Source of the DNA: Balanoglossus misakiensis
Lineage: Eukaryota > Animalia > Hemichordata
Length of the DNA: 64,000 nucleotides
Assembly (NCBI GenBank): GCA_040954595.2
Contig: CM082594.2
Coordinates: 4,077,319-4,141,318, forward strand
Direction of reading: 5' to 3'
Part shown: one piece after another, positions 49,801-64,000 of the stretch
How the letters are laid out: each line of letters begins with the position of its first letter
How positions within the stretch are numbered: the first letter of the stretch is position 1
The notes under the pieces: generated by a model
What the model was told of the DNA's origin: nothing
Databases searched by the model: none
The model's input: the letters and a program-made list of their open reading frames with translations, nothing else
Translations under genes and position numbers: made by a program

Positions 49801-52800
49801 AAATCATGGGATATAGCTCATGAAAATCATCCAAAAATGACAATTTTTCGACTTTCCGAAATATCAAAATTTCTCCATTTTTTGACAAAAATCATGGGTT
49901 ATATCTCATGAAAATCATCCAAAAATGAAAATTTTTCGACTTTCCGAAATATCAAAATTTCTCCATTTTTTGACAAAAGTCATGGGTTATAGCTCATGAA
50001 AATCATCCAAAAATGACAATTTTTCGACTTTCCGAAATATCAAAATTTCTCCATTTTTTGACAAAAATCATGGGTTATAGCTCATGAAAATCATCAAAAA
50101 ATGACACTTTTTCGACTTTCCGAAATATCAAAATTTCGTCATATTTTGACAAAAATCATGGGTTATAGCTCATGAAAATCATCCAAAAATGACAATTTTT
50201 CGACTTTCCGAAATATCAAAATTTCGCCATTTTTTGACAAAAATCACGGCTTATAGCTCATGAAAATCATCCAAAAATGACAATTTTTCGACTTTCCGGA
50301 ATATCAAAATTTCGTCATATTTTGACAAAAATCATGGGTTATAGCTCATGAAAATCATCCAAAAATGACAATTTTTCGACTTTCCGAAATATCAAAATTT
50401 CTCCATTTTTTGACAAAAATCATGGGTTTTAGCTCATGAAAATCATCCAAAAATGACAATTTTTCGACTTTCCGAAATATCAAAATTTCTTCATTTATTG
50501 ACAAAAATCATGGGTTATAGCTCATGAAAATCATCCAAAAATGATAATTTTTCGACTTTCCGAAATATCAAAATTTCTCCATTTTTTGACAAAAATCATG
50601 GGTTATAGCTCATGAAAATCATCCAAAAATGACAATTTTTCGACTTTCCGAAATATCAAAATTTCTCCATTTTTTGACAAAAATCATGGGTTATAGCTCA
50701 TGAAAATCATCCAAAAATGACAATTTTTCGACTTTCCGAAATATCAAAATTTCTTCATTTATTGACAAAAATCATGGGTTATAGCTCATGAAAATCATCC
50801 AAAAAAGTCATGAAAATCATCCAAAAAGACAATTTTTCGACTTTCCGAAATATCAAAATTTCGTCATTTTTTGACAAAAATCATGGGTTATAGCTCATGA
50901 AAATCATACAAAAATGACAATTTTTCGACTTTCCGAAATAACAAAATTTCTCCATTTTTTGACAAAAATCATGGGTTATAGCTCAATGAAAATTATCCAA
51001 AAATGACAATTTTCGACTTTCCGATATATCAAAATTTCTTCATTTATTGACAAAAATCATGGGTTATAGCTCATGAAAATCATCCAAAAATGACAATTTT
51101 CGACTTTCCGAAATATCAAATTTCGTCATTTTTGACAAAAATCATGGGTTATAGCTCATGAAAATCATCCAAAAATGACATTTTTTCGACTTTCCGAAAT
51201 ATCAAAATTTCTCCATTTTTTGACAAAATCATGGGTTATAGCTCATGAAAATCATCCAAAAATGACAATTTTTCGACTTTCCGAAATATCAAAATTTCTT
51301 CATTTATTGACAAAAATCATGGGTTATAGCTCATGAAAATCATCCAAAAATGACAATTTTTCGACTTTCCGAAATATCAAAATTTCTTCATATTTTGACA
51401 AAAATCATGGGTTATAGCTCATGAAAATCATCCAAAAATGACATTTTTCAACTTTCCGAAATATCAAAATTTCGTCATATTTTGACAAAAATCATGGGTT
51501 ATAGCTCATGAAATCATCCAAAAATGATAATTTTCGACTTTCCCATTTTTTGACAAAAATCATGGGATATAGCTCATGAAAATCATCCAAAAATGACAAT
51601 TTTTCGACTTTCCGAAATATCAAATTTCTCCATTTTTTGACAACAGTCATGGGTTATAGCTCATGAAAATCATCCAAAAATGACAATTTTTCGACTTTCG
51701 AAATATCAAAATTTCTTCATTTTTTGACAAAAATCATGGGTTATAGCTCATGAAAATCATCCAAAAATGACAATTTTCGACTTTCCGAAATATCAAAATT
51801 TCTCCATTTTTTGACAAAAATCATGGGTTATAGCTCATGAAAATCATCCAAAAATGAAAATTTTTCGACTTTCCGAAATATCAAAATTTCTCCATTTTTT
51901 GACAAAAATCATGGGTTATAGCTCATGAAAATTACCAAAAATGACAATTTTTAGACTTTCCGAAATATCAAAATGTCTTCATTTTTTGACAAAAATCATG
52001 GGTTATAGCTCATGAAAATCATCCAAAAATGACACTTTTTCGACTTTCCGAAATATCAAATTTCTTCATATTTTGACAAAAATCATGGGTTATAGCTCAT
52101 GAAAATCATCCAAAAATGACAATTTTTAAAACTTTCCGAAATATCAAAATTTCGTCATATTTTGACAAAAATCATGGGTTATAGCTCATGAAAATCATCC
52201 CAAAAATGATAATTTTTCGACTTTCCCATTTTTTGACAAAAATCATGGGATATAGCTCATGAAAATCATCCAAAAATGACAATTTTTCGACTTTCCGAAA
52301 TATCAAATTTCTCCATTTTTTGACAAAAATCATGGGTTATAGCTCATGAAAATCATCCAAAAATGACAATTTTTCGACTTTCGAAATATCAAAATTTCTT
52401 CATTTTTTGACAAAAATCATGGTGTATAGCTCATGAAAATCATCCAAAAATGACAATTTTTCGACTTTCCGAAATATCAAAATTTCTCCATTTTTTGACA
52501 AAAATCATGGGTTATAGCTCATGAAAATCATCCAAAAATGACAATTTTTCGACTTTCCGAAATATCAAAATTTCTCCATTTTTTGACAAAAATCATGGTT
52601 ATAGCTCATGAAAATCATCCAAAAATGACAATTTTTCGACTTTCCGAAATATCAAAATATCTTCATTTATTGACAAAAATCATGGGTTATAGCTCATGAA
52701 ATCATCCAAAAATGACAATTTTTCGACTTTCCGAAATATCAAAATTTCGTCATTTTTGACAAAAATCATGGGTTATAGCTCATGAAAATCATCCAAAAAT

Positions 52801-55800
52801 GACATTTTTTCGACTTTCCGAAATATCAAAATTTCTCCATTTTTTGACAAAAATCATGGGTTATAGCTCATGAAAATCATCCAAAATGACAATTTTTCGA
52901 CTTTCCGAAATATCAAAATTTCTTCATTTATTGACAAAAATCATGGGTTATAGCTCATGAAAATCATCCAAAAATGACAATTTTTCGACTTTCCCGAAAT
53001 ATCAAAATTTCTTCATATTTTGACAAAAATCATGGGTTATAGCTCATGAAATCATCCAAAATGACAATTTTCAACTTTCCGAAATATCAAAATTTCGTCA
53101 TATTTTGACAAAAATCATGGGTTATAGCTCATGAAAATCATCCAAAAATGATAATTTTCGACTTTCCCATTTTTTGACAAAAATCATGGGATATAGCTCA
53201 TGAAAATCATCCAAAAATGACAATTTTTCGACTTTCCGAAATATCAAAATTTCTCCATTTTTTGACAAAATCATGGGTTATAGCTCATGAAAATCATCCA
53301 AAAATGACAATTTTTCGACTTTCCGAAATATCAAAATTTCTCCATTTTTTGACAACAGTCATGGGTTATAGCTCATGAAAATCATCCAAAAATGACAATT
53401 TTTCGACTTTCCGAAATATCAAAATTTCTTCATTTTTTGACAAAAATCATGGGTTATAGCTCATGAAAATCATCCAAAAATGACAATTTTTCGACTTTCC
53501 GAAATATCAAAATTCTCCATTTTTTGACAAAAATCATGGGTTATAGCTCATGAAAATCATCCAAAATGACAATTTTTCGACTTTCCGAAATATCAAAATT
53601 TCTCCATCTTTTGACAAAAATCATGGGTTATAGCTCATGAAAATTACCAAAAATGACAATTTTAGACTTTCCGAAATATCAAAATTTCTTCATTTTTTGA
53701 CAAAAATCATGGGTTATAGCTCATGAAAATCATCCAAAAATGACACTTTTCGACTTTTCCGAAATATCAAAATTTCTTCATATTTTGACAAAAATCATGG
53801 GTTATAGCTCATGAAAATCATCCAAAAATGACAATTTTTAAAACTTTCCGAAATATCAAAATTTCGTCATATTTTGACAAAAATCATGGGTTATAGCTCA
53901 TGAAAATCATCCAAAAATGATAATTTTCGACTTTCCCATTTTTTGACAAAAATCATGGGATATAGCTCATGAAAATCATCCAAAAATGACAATTTTTCGA
54001 CTTTCCGAAATATCAAAATTTCTCCATTTTTTGACAAAAATCATGGGTTATAGCTCATGAAAATCATCCAAAAATGACAATTTTTCGACTTTCCGAAATA
54101 TCAAAATTTCTCCATTTTTTGACAACAGTCATGGTTATAGCTCATGAAAATCATCCAAAAATGACAATTTTTCGACTTTCCGAAATATCAAAATTTCTTC
54201 ATTTTTTGACAAAAATCATGGGTTATAGCTCATGAAAATCATCCAAAAATGACAATTTTTCGACTTTCCGAAATATCAAAATTTCTCCATTTTTTGACAA
54301 AAATCATGGGTTATAGCTCATGAAAATCATCCAAAAATGACAATTTTTCGACTTTCCGAAATATCAAAATTTCTTCATTTATTGACAAAAATCATGGGTT
54401 ATAGCTCATGAAAATCATCCAAAAAAGACAATTTTTCGACTTTCCGAAATATCAAAATTTCGTCATTTTTTGACAAAAATCATGGGTTATAGCTCATGAA
54501 AATCATCCAAAAATGACAATTTTTCGACTTTCCGAAATAACAAAATTTCTCCATTTTTTGACAAAAATCATGGGTTATAGCTCATGAAAATTATCCAAAA
54601 ATGACAATTTTTCGACTTTCCGATATATCAAAATTTCTTCATTTATTGACAAAAATCATGGGTTATAGCTCATGAAAATCATCCAAAAATGACAATTTTT
54701 CGACTTTCCGAAATATCAAAATTTCGTCATTTTTTGACAAAAATCATGGGTTATAGCTCATGAAAATCATCCAAAAATGACATTTTTTCGACTTTCCGAA
54801 ATATCAAAATTTCTCCATTTTTTGACAAAAATCATGGGTTATAGCTCATGAAAATCATCCAAAAATGACAATTTTTCGACTTTCCGAAATATCAAAATTT
54901 CTTCATTTATTGACAAAAATCATGGGTTATAGCTCATGAAAATCATCCAAAAATGACAATTTTTCGACTTTCCGAAATATCAAAATTTCTTCATATTTTG
55001 ACAAAAATCATGGGTTATAGCTCATGAAAATTACCAAAAATGACAATTTTTAGACTTTCCGAAATATCAAAATTTCTTCATTTTTTGACAAAAATCATGG
55101 GTTATAGCTCATGAAAATCATCCAAAAATGACACTTTTTCGACTTTCCGAAATATCAAAATTTCTTCATATTTTGACAAAAATCATGGGTTATAGCTCAT
55201 GAAAATCATCCAAAAATGACAATTTTTAAACTTTCCGAAATATCAAAATTTCGTCATATTTTGACAAAAATCATGGGTTATAGCTCATGAAAATCATCCA
55301 AAAATGATAATTTTTCGACTTTCCCATTTTTTGACAAAAATCATGGGATATAGCTCATGAAAATCATCCAAAAATGACAATTTTTCGACTTTCCGAAATA
55401 TCAAAATTTCTCCATTTTTTGACAAAAATCATGGGTTATAGCTCATGAAAATCATCCAAAAATGACAATTTTTCGACTTTCCGAAATATCAAAATTTCTT
55501 CATTTTTTGACAAAAATCATGGGTTATAGCTCATGAAAATCATCCAAAAATGACAATTTTTCGACTTTCCGAAATATCAAAATTTCTCCATTTTTTGACA
55601 AAAATCATGGGTTATAGCTCATGAAAATCATCCAAAAATGACAATTTTTCGACTTTCCGAAATATCAAAATTTCTCCATTTTTTGACAAAAATCATGGGT
55701 TATAGCTCATGAAAATCATCCAAAAATGACAATTTTTTGACTTTCCGAAATATCAAAATTTCTTCATTTATTGACAAAAATCATGGGTTATAGCTCATGA

Positions 55801-58800
55801 AAATCATCCAAAAATGACAATTTTTCGACTTTCCGAAATATCAAAATTTCGTCATTTTTTGACAAAAATCCTGGGTTATAGCTCATGAAAATCATCCAAA
55901 AATGACATTTTTTCGACTTTCCGAAATATCAAAATTTCTCCATTTTTTGACAAAAATCATGGGTTATAGCTCATGAAAATCATCCAAAAATGACAATTTT
56001 TCGACTTTCCGAAATATCAAAATTTCTCCATTTTTTGACAAAAATCATGGGTTATAGCTCATGAAAATCATCCAAAAATGACAATTTTTCGACTTTCCGA
56101 AATATCAAAATTTCTTCATTTTTTGACAAAAATCATGGGTTATAGCTCATGAAAATCATCCAAAAATGACAATTTTTCGACTTTCCGAAATATCAAAATT
56201 TCTCCATTTTTTGACAAAAATCATGGGTTATAGCTCATGAAAATCATCCAAAAATGACAATTTTTCGACTTTCCGAAATATCAAAATTTCTCCATTTTTT
56301 GACAAAAATCATGGGTTATAGCTCATGAAAATCATCCAAAAATGACAATTTTTCGACTTTCCGAAATATCAAAATTTCTTCATTTATTGACAAAAATCAT
56401 GGGTTATAGCTCATGAAAATCATCCAAAAATGACAATTTTTCGACTTTCCGAAATATCAAAATTTCGTCATTTTTTGACAAAAATCCTGGGTTATAGCTC
56501 ATGAAAATCATCCAAAAATGACATTTTTTCGACTTTCCGAAATATCAAAATTTCTCCATTTTTTGACAAAAATCATGGGTTATAGCTCATGAAAATCATC
56601 CAAAAATGACAATTTTTCGACTTTCCGAAATATCAAAATTTCTTCATTTATTGACAAAAATCATGGGTTATAGCTCATGAAAATCATCCAAAAATGACAA
56701 TTTTTCGACTTTCCGAAATATCAAAATTTCTTCATATTTTGACAAAAATCATGGGTTATAGCTCATGAAAATCATCCAAAAATGACAATTTTTCAACTTT
56801 CCGAAATATCAAAATTTCGTCATATTTTGACAAAAATCATGGGTTATAGCTCATGAAAATCATCCAAAAATGATAATTTTTCGACTTTCCCATTTTTTGA
56901 CAAAAATCATGGGATATAGCTCATGAAAATCATCCAAAAATGACAATTTTTCGACTTTCCGAAATATCAAAATTTCTCCATTTTTTGACAAAAATCATGG
57001 GTTATAGCTCATGAAAATCATCCAAAAATGACAATTTTTCGACTTTCCGAAATATCAAAATTTCTCCATTTTTTGACAACAGTCATGGGTTATAGCTCAT
57101 GAAAATCATCCAAAAATGACAATTTTTCGACTTTCCGAAATATCAAAATTTCTCCATTTTTTGACAAAAATCATGGGTTATAGCTCATGAAAATCATCCA
57201 AAAATGACAATTTTTCGACTTTCCGAAATATCAAAATTTCTCCATTTTTTGACAAAAATCATGGGTTATAGCTCATGAAAATTACCAAAAATGACAATTT
57301 TTAGACTTTCCGAAATATCAAAATTTCTTCATTTTTTGACAAAAATCATGGGTTATAGCTCATGAAAATCATCCAAAAATGACACTTTTTCGACTTTCCG
57401 AAATATCAAAATTTCTTCATATTTTGACAAAAATCATGGGTTATAGCTCATGAAAATCATCCAAAAATGACAATTTTTAAACTTTCCGAAATATCAAAAT
57501 TTCGTCATATTTTGACAAAAATCATGGGTTATAGCTCATGAAAATCATCCAAAAATGATAATTTTTCGACTTTCCCATTTTTTGACAAAAATCATGGGAT
57601 ATAGCTCATGAAAATCATCCAAAAATGACAATTTTTCGACTTTCCGAAATATCAAAATTTCTCCATTTTTTGACAAAAATCATGGGTTATAGCTCATGAA
57701 AATCATCCAAAAATGACAATTTTTCGACTTTCCGAAATATCAAAATTTCTCCATTTTTTGACAACAGTCATGGGTTATAGCTCATGAAAATCATCCAAAA
57801 ATGACAATTTTTCGACTTTCCGAAATATCAAAATTTCTTCATTTTTTGACAAAAATCATGGGTTATAGCTCATGAAAATCATCCAAAAATGACAATTTTT
57901 CGACTTTCCGAAAATATCAAAATTTCTCCATTTTTTGACAAAAATCATGGGTTATAGCTAATGAAAATCATCCAAAAATGACAATTTTCGACTTTTCGAA
58001 ATATCAAAATTTCTCCATTTTTGACAAAAATCATGGGTTATAGCTCATGAAAATTACCAAAAATGACAATTTTTAGACTTTCCGAAATATCAAAATTCTT
58101 CATTTTTTGACAAAAATCATGGGTTATAGTTCATGAAAATCATCCAAAATGACACTTTTTCGACTTTCCGAAATATCAAAATTTCGTCATATTTTGACAA
58201 AAATCATGGGTTATAGCTCATGAAAATCATCCAAAAATGACAATTTTTCGACTTTCCGAAATTTCAAAATTTCGCCATTTTTTGACAAAAATCATGGCTT
58301 ATAGCTCATGAAAATCATCCAAAAATGACAATTTTTCGACTTTCCGAAATATCAAAATTTCGTCATATTTTGACAAAAATCATGGGTTATAGCTCATGAA
58401 AATCATCCAAAAATGACAATTTTTCGACTTTCCGAAATATCAAAATTTCTCCATTTTTTGACCAAAAATCATGGGTTATAGCTCATGAAAATCATCCAAA
58501 AATGACAATTTTTCGACTTTCCGAAATATCAAAATTTCTTCATTTATTAACAAAAGTCATGGGTTATAGCTCATGAAAATCATCCAAAAATGACAATTTT
58601 TAGACTTTCCGAAATATCAAAATTTCGTCATTTTTTGACAAAAATCATGGGTTATAGCTCATGAAAATCATCCAAAAATGACAATTTTTCGACTTTCCGA
58701 AATATCACAATTTCGTCATATTTTGACAAAAATCATGGGTTATAGCTCATGAAAATCATCCAAAAATGACAATTTTTCGACTTTCCGAAATATCAAAATT

Positions 58801-61800
58801 TCTCCACTTTTTGACAAAAATCATGGGTTATAGCTCATGAAAATTACCAAAAATGACAATTTTTCGACTTTCCGAAATATCAAAATTTCTTCATATTTTG
58901 ACAAAAATCATGGGTTATAGCTCATGAAAATCATCCAAAAATGACAATTTTTCGACTTTCCCATTTTTTGACAAAATCATGGTATATAGCTCATGAAAAT
59001 CATCCAAAAATGACAATTTTTCGACTTTCCGAAATATCAAAATTTCTCCATTTTTTGACAAAAATAATGGGTTATAGCTCATGAAAATCATCCAAAAATG
59101 ACAATTTTTCGACTTTCGAAATATCAAAATTTCGTCATATTTTGACAAAAATCATGGGTTATAGCTCATGAAAATTACCAAAAATGACAATTTTTCGACT
59201 TTCCGAAATATCAAAATTTCTTCATATTTTTGACAAAAATCATGGGTTTATAGCTCATGAAAATCATCCAAAAATGACATTTTTCGACTTTCCCATTTTT
59301 TGACAAAAATCATGGGATATAGCTCATGAAATCATCCAAAAATGACAATTTTTTCGACTTTTCCGAAATATCAAAATTTCTCCATTTTTTGACAACAGTC
59401 ATGGGTTATAGCTCATGAAAATCATCCAAAAATGACAATTTTTCGACTTTCCGAAATATCAAAATTTCTTCATTTTTGACAAAAATCATGGGTTATAGCT
59501 CATGAAAATCATCCAAAAATGACAATTTTTCGACTTTCCGAAATATCAAAATTTCTTCATTTTTTGACAAAAATCATGGTTATAGCTCATGAAAATCATC
59601 CAAAAATGACAATTTTTCGACTTTCCGAAATATCATAATTTCTCCATTTTTTGACAAAAATAATGGGTTATAGCTCATGAAAATCATCCAAAAATGACAA
59701 TTTTTTGACTTTCCGAAATATCAAAATTTCTCCATTTTTTGACAAAAGTCATGGGTTATAGCTCATGAAAATCATCCAAAAATGACAATTTTTCGACTTT
59801 CCGAAATATCAAAATTTCTTCATTTTTTGACAAAAATCATGGGTTATAGCTCATGAAATCATCCAAAAATGACAATTTTTCGACTTTCCGAAATATCAAA
59901 ATTTCTCCATTTTTTGACAAAAATCATGGGTTATAGCTAATGAAAATCATCCAAAAATGACAATTTTTCGACTTTCCGAAATATCAAAATTTCTCCATTT
60001 TTTGACAAAAATCATGGGTTATAGCTCATGAAAATTACCAAAAATGACAATTTTTAGACTTTCCGAAATATCAAAATTTCTTCATTTTTTGACAAAAATC
60101 ATGGGTTATAGTTCATGAAAATCATCCAAAAATGACACTTTTTCGACTTTCCGAAATATCAAAATTTCGTCATATTTTGACAAAAATCATGGGTTATAGC
60201 TCATGAAAATCATCCAAAAATGACAATTTTTCGACTTTCCGAAATTTCAAAATTTCGCCATTTTTTGACAAAAATCATGGCTTATAGCTCATGAAAATCA
60301 TCCAAAAATGACAATTTTTCGACTTTCCGAAATATCAAAATTTCGTCATATTTTGACAAAAATCATGGGTTATAGCTCATGAAAATCATCCAAAAATGAC
60401 AATTTTTCGACTTTCCGAAATATCAAAATTTCTCCATTTTTTGACAAAAATCATGGGTTATAGCTCATGAAAATCATCCAAAAATGACAATTTTTCGACT
60501 TTCCGAAATATCAAAATTTCTTCATTTATTAACAAAAGTCATGGGTTATAGCTCATGAAAATCATCCAAAAATGACAATTTTTAGGACTTTCCGAAATAT
60601 CAAAATTTCGTCATTTTTTGACAAAAATCATGGGTTATAGCTCATGAAAATCATCCAAAAATGACAATTTTCGACTTCCGAAATATCACAATTTCGTCAT
60701 ATTTTGACAAAAATCATGGGTTATAGCTCATGAAAATCATCCAAAAATGACAATTTTCGACTTTCCGAAATATCAAAATTTCTCCACTTTTTGACAAAAT
60801 TCATGGGTTATAGCTCATGAAAATTACCAAAAATGACAATTTTTCGACTTTCCGAAATATCAAAATTTCTTCATATTTTGACAAAAATCATGGGTTATAG
60901 CTCATGAAAATCATCCAAAAATGACAATTTTTCGACTTTCCCATTTTTTGACAAAAATCATGGTATATAGCTCATGAAAATCATCCAAAAATGACAATTT
61001 TTCGACTTTCCGAAATATCAAAATTTCTCCATTTTTTGACAAAAATAATGGGTTATAGCTCATGAAAATCATCCAAAAATGACAATTTTTCGACTTTCCG
61101 AAATATCAAAATTTCGTCATATTTTGACAAAAATCATGGGTTATAGCTCATGAAAATTACCAAAAATTGACAATTTTTCGACTTTCCGAAATATCAAAAT
61201 TTCTTCATATTTTGACAAAAATCATGGGTTATAGCTCATGAAAATCATCCAAAATGACAATTTTTCGACTTTTCCCATTTTTTGACAAAAATCATGGGAT
61301 ATAGCTCATGAAAATCATCCAAAAATGACAATTTTTCGACTTTCCGAAATATCATAATTTCTCCATTTTTTGACAAAAATAATGGGTTATAGCTCATGAA
61401 AATCATCCAAAAATGACAATTTTTTGACTTTCCGAAATATCAAATTTCTCCATTTTTTGACAAAAGTCATGGGTTATAGCTCATGAAAATCATCCAAAAA
61501 TGACAATTTTTCGACTTTCCGAAATATCAAAATTTCTTCATTTTTTGACAAAAATCATGGGTTATAGCTCATGAAAATCATCCAAAAATGACAATTTTTC
61601 GACTTTCCGAAATATCAAAATTTCTCCATTTTTTGACAAAAATCATGGGTTATAGCTCATGAAAATCATCCAAACATGACAATTTTTCGACTTTCCGAAA
61701 TATCAAAATTTCTTCATTTATTGACAAAAATCATGGGTTACAGCTCATGAAAATCATCCAAAAATGACAATTTTTCGACCTTCCGAAATATCAAAATTTC

Positions 61801-64000
61801 TCCATTTTTTGACAAAAATCATGGGTTATAGCTCATGAAAATCATCCCAAAATGACAATTTTTCGACTTTCCGAAATATCAAAATTTTTCCATTTTTTGA
61901 CAAAAATCATGGGTTATAGCTCATGAAAATCATCCCAAAATGACAATTTTTCGATTTTCCGAAATATCAAAATTTCTCCATTTTTTGACAAAAATCATGG
62001 GTCATAGCTCATGAAAATCATCTAAAAATGACAATTTTTCGACTTTCCGAAATATCAAAATTTCTTCATTTTTTGACAAAAATCATGGGTTATAGCTCAT
62101 GAAAATCATCCAAAAATGACAATTTTTCGACTTTCCGAAATATCAAAATTTCTTCATTTTTTGACAAAAATCTTGGGTTATAGCTCATGAAAATCATCCA
62201 AAAATGACAATTTTTCGACTTTCCGAAATATCAAAATTTCGTCATATTTTGACAATAATCATGGGTTATAGCTCATGAAAATCATCCAAAAATGACAATT
62301 TTTCGACTTTCCCATTTTTTGACAAAAATCATGGCTTATAGCTCATGAAAATCATCCAAAAATGACAATTTTTCGACTTTCCGAAATATCAAAATTTCTT
62401 CATTTTTTGACAAAAATCATGGGTTATAGCTCATGAAAATCATCCAAAAATGACAATTTTTCGACTTTCCGAAATATCACAATTTCGTCATATTTTGACA
62501 AAAATCATGGGTTATAGCTCATGAAAATCATCCAAAAATGACAATTTTTCGACTTTCCGAAATATCAAAATTTCGTCATATTTTGACAAAAATCATGGGT
62601 TATAGCTCATGAAAATCATCCAAAAATGACAATTTTTCGACTTTCCCATTTTTTGACAAAAATCATGGGTTATAGCTCATGAAAATCATCCAAAAATGAT
62701 AATTTTTCGACTTTCCGAAATATCAAAATTTCTCCATTTTTTGACAAAAATCATGGGTTATAGCTCATGAAAATCATCCAAAAATGACAATTTTTCGACT
62801 TTCCGAAATATCAAAATTTCGTCATATTTTGACAAAAATCATGGGTTATAGCTCATGAAAATCATCCAAAAATGACAATTTTTGGACTTTCCGAAATATC
62901 AAAATTTCTCCATTTTTTGACAAAAATCATGGGTTATAGCTCATGAAAATCATCCAAAAATGACAATTTTTCGACTTTCCGAAATATCAAAATTTCTTCA
63001 TTTTTTGACAAAAATCATGGGTTATATGAAAATCATCCAAAAATGACAATTTTCCGACTTTTTGAAATATCAAAATTTCTCCATTTTTTGACAAAAATCA
63101 TGGGTTATAGCTCATGAAAATCATCCAAAAATGACAATTTTTCGACTTTCCGAAATATCAAAATTTCTTCATTTTTTGTCAAAAATCATGGGTTATAGCT
63201 CATGAAAATCATCAAAAAATGACAATTTTTCGACTTTCTGAAATATCAAAATTTCTCCATTTTTTAACAAAAATCATGGGTTATAGCTCATGAAAATCAT
63301 CCAAAAATGACAATTTTTCGACTTTCCGAAATATCAAAATTTCGTCATTTTTTGACAAAAATCATGGGTTATAGCTCATGAAAATCATCCAAAAATGACA
63401 ATTTTTCGACTTTCCGAAATATCAAAATTTCATCATTTTTTGACAAAAATCATGGGTTATAGCTCATGAAAATCATCCAAAAATGACAATTTTTCGACTT
63501 TCTGAACGATCAAAATTTCGTCATATTTTGACAAAAATCATGGGTTATAGCTCATGAAAATCATCCAAAAATGACAATTTTTCGACTTTTTGAAATATCA
63601 AAATTTCTCCATTTTTTGACAAAAATCATGGGTTATAGCTCATGAAAATCATCCAAAAATGACAATTTTTCGACTTTCCGAAATATCAAAATTTCGTCAT
63701 ATTTTGACAAAAATCATGGGTTATAGCTCATGAAAATCATCCAAAAATGACAATTTTTCGACTTTCCCATTTTTTGACAAAAATCATGGGTTATAGCTCA
63801 TGAAAATCATCCAAAAATGACAATTTTTCGACTTTCCGAAATATCAAAATTTCTTCATTTTTTGTCAAAAATCATGGGTTATAGCTCATGAAAATCATCA
63901 AAAAATGACAATTTTTCGACTTTCTGAAATATCAAAATTTCTCCATTTTTTAACAAAAATCATGGGTTATAGCTCATGAAAATCATCCAAAAATGACAAT
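40856..64000. repeat. AT-rich satellite DNA array, 88-bp monomer (~265 copies in window, runs off the end)
   Basis: Consensus TGACAATTTTTCGACTTTCCGAAATATCAAAATTTC(TC/TT/GT)CATTTTTTGACAAAAATCATGGGTTATAGCTCATGAAAATCATCCAAAAA. Starts at 40856, 40944, 41032 give a period of 88; 70-bp and 87-bp variants are interspersed. Confidence 0.98.

Noticed and set aside
58915-59148. 77-aa ORF within the satellite
   Set aside because: Chance frame through repeat monomers in an indel-rich zone.
40856-64000. CRISPR-like regular repeat array
   Set aside because: No unique spacers, monomers abut directly, no cas genes, and the context is intron-containing eukaryotic DNA; it is a satellite.

Overview
This is eukaryotic (animal) genomic DNA, probably from a marine invertebrate deuterostome (inference from gene content and repeat style). 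The first ~40 kb holds four genes I could reconstruct by hand. (1) An intronless carbohydrate 6-O-sulfotransferase (770-1858, +). (2) A 5-exon, type II membrane O-fucosyltransferase-fold (POFUT-like) glycosyltransferase (4472-13742, +; 423 aa). (3) A 10-exon SLC1A/EAAT-family transporter (23762-17902, -; 508 aa). (4) An intronless single-cysteine-cluster Toll-like receptor (37336-40251, +). Introns and intergenic DNA carry several small TIR-bounded non-autonomous DNA transposons (TTAA-, TAA- and TA-flanked), microsatellites and decayed local duplications. From 40856 to the window end is a homogeneous 88-bp AT-rich satellite with 70- and 87-bp variants, organised into 685-bp/1370-bp higher-order repeats and kb-scale block duplications. 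The most striking observation is the SLC1A protein: it keeps the acidic-amino-acid binding residues but is altered at all three Na+ sites and the proton-carrier position (NMDG->NRDG, D405->H, T92/S93->V/L in GltPh numbering), suggesting a non-canonical coupling mechanism.
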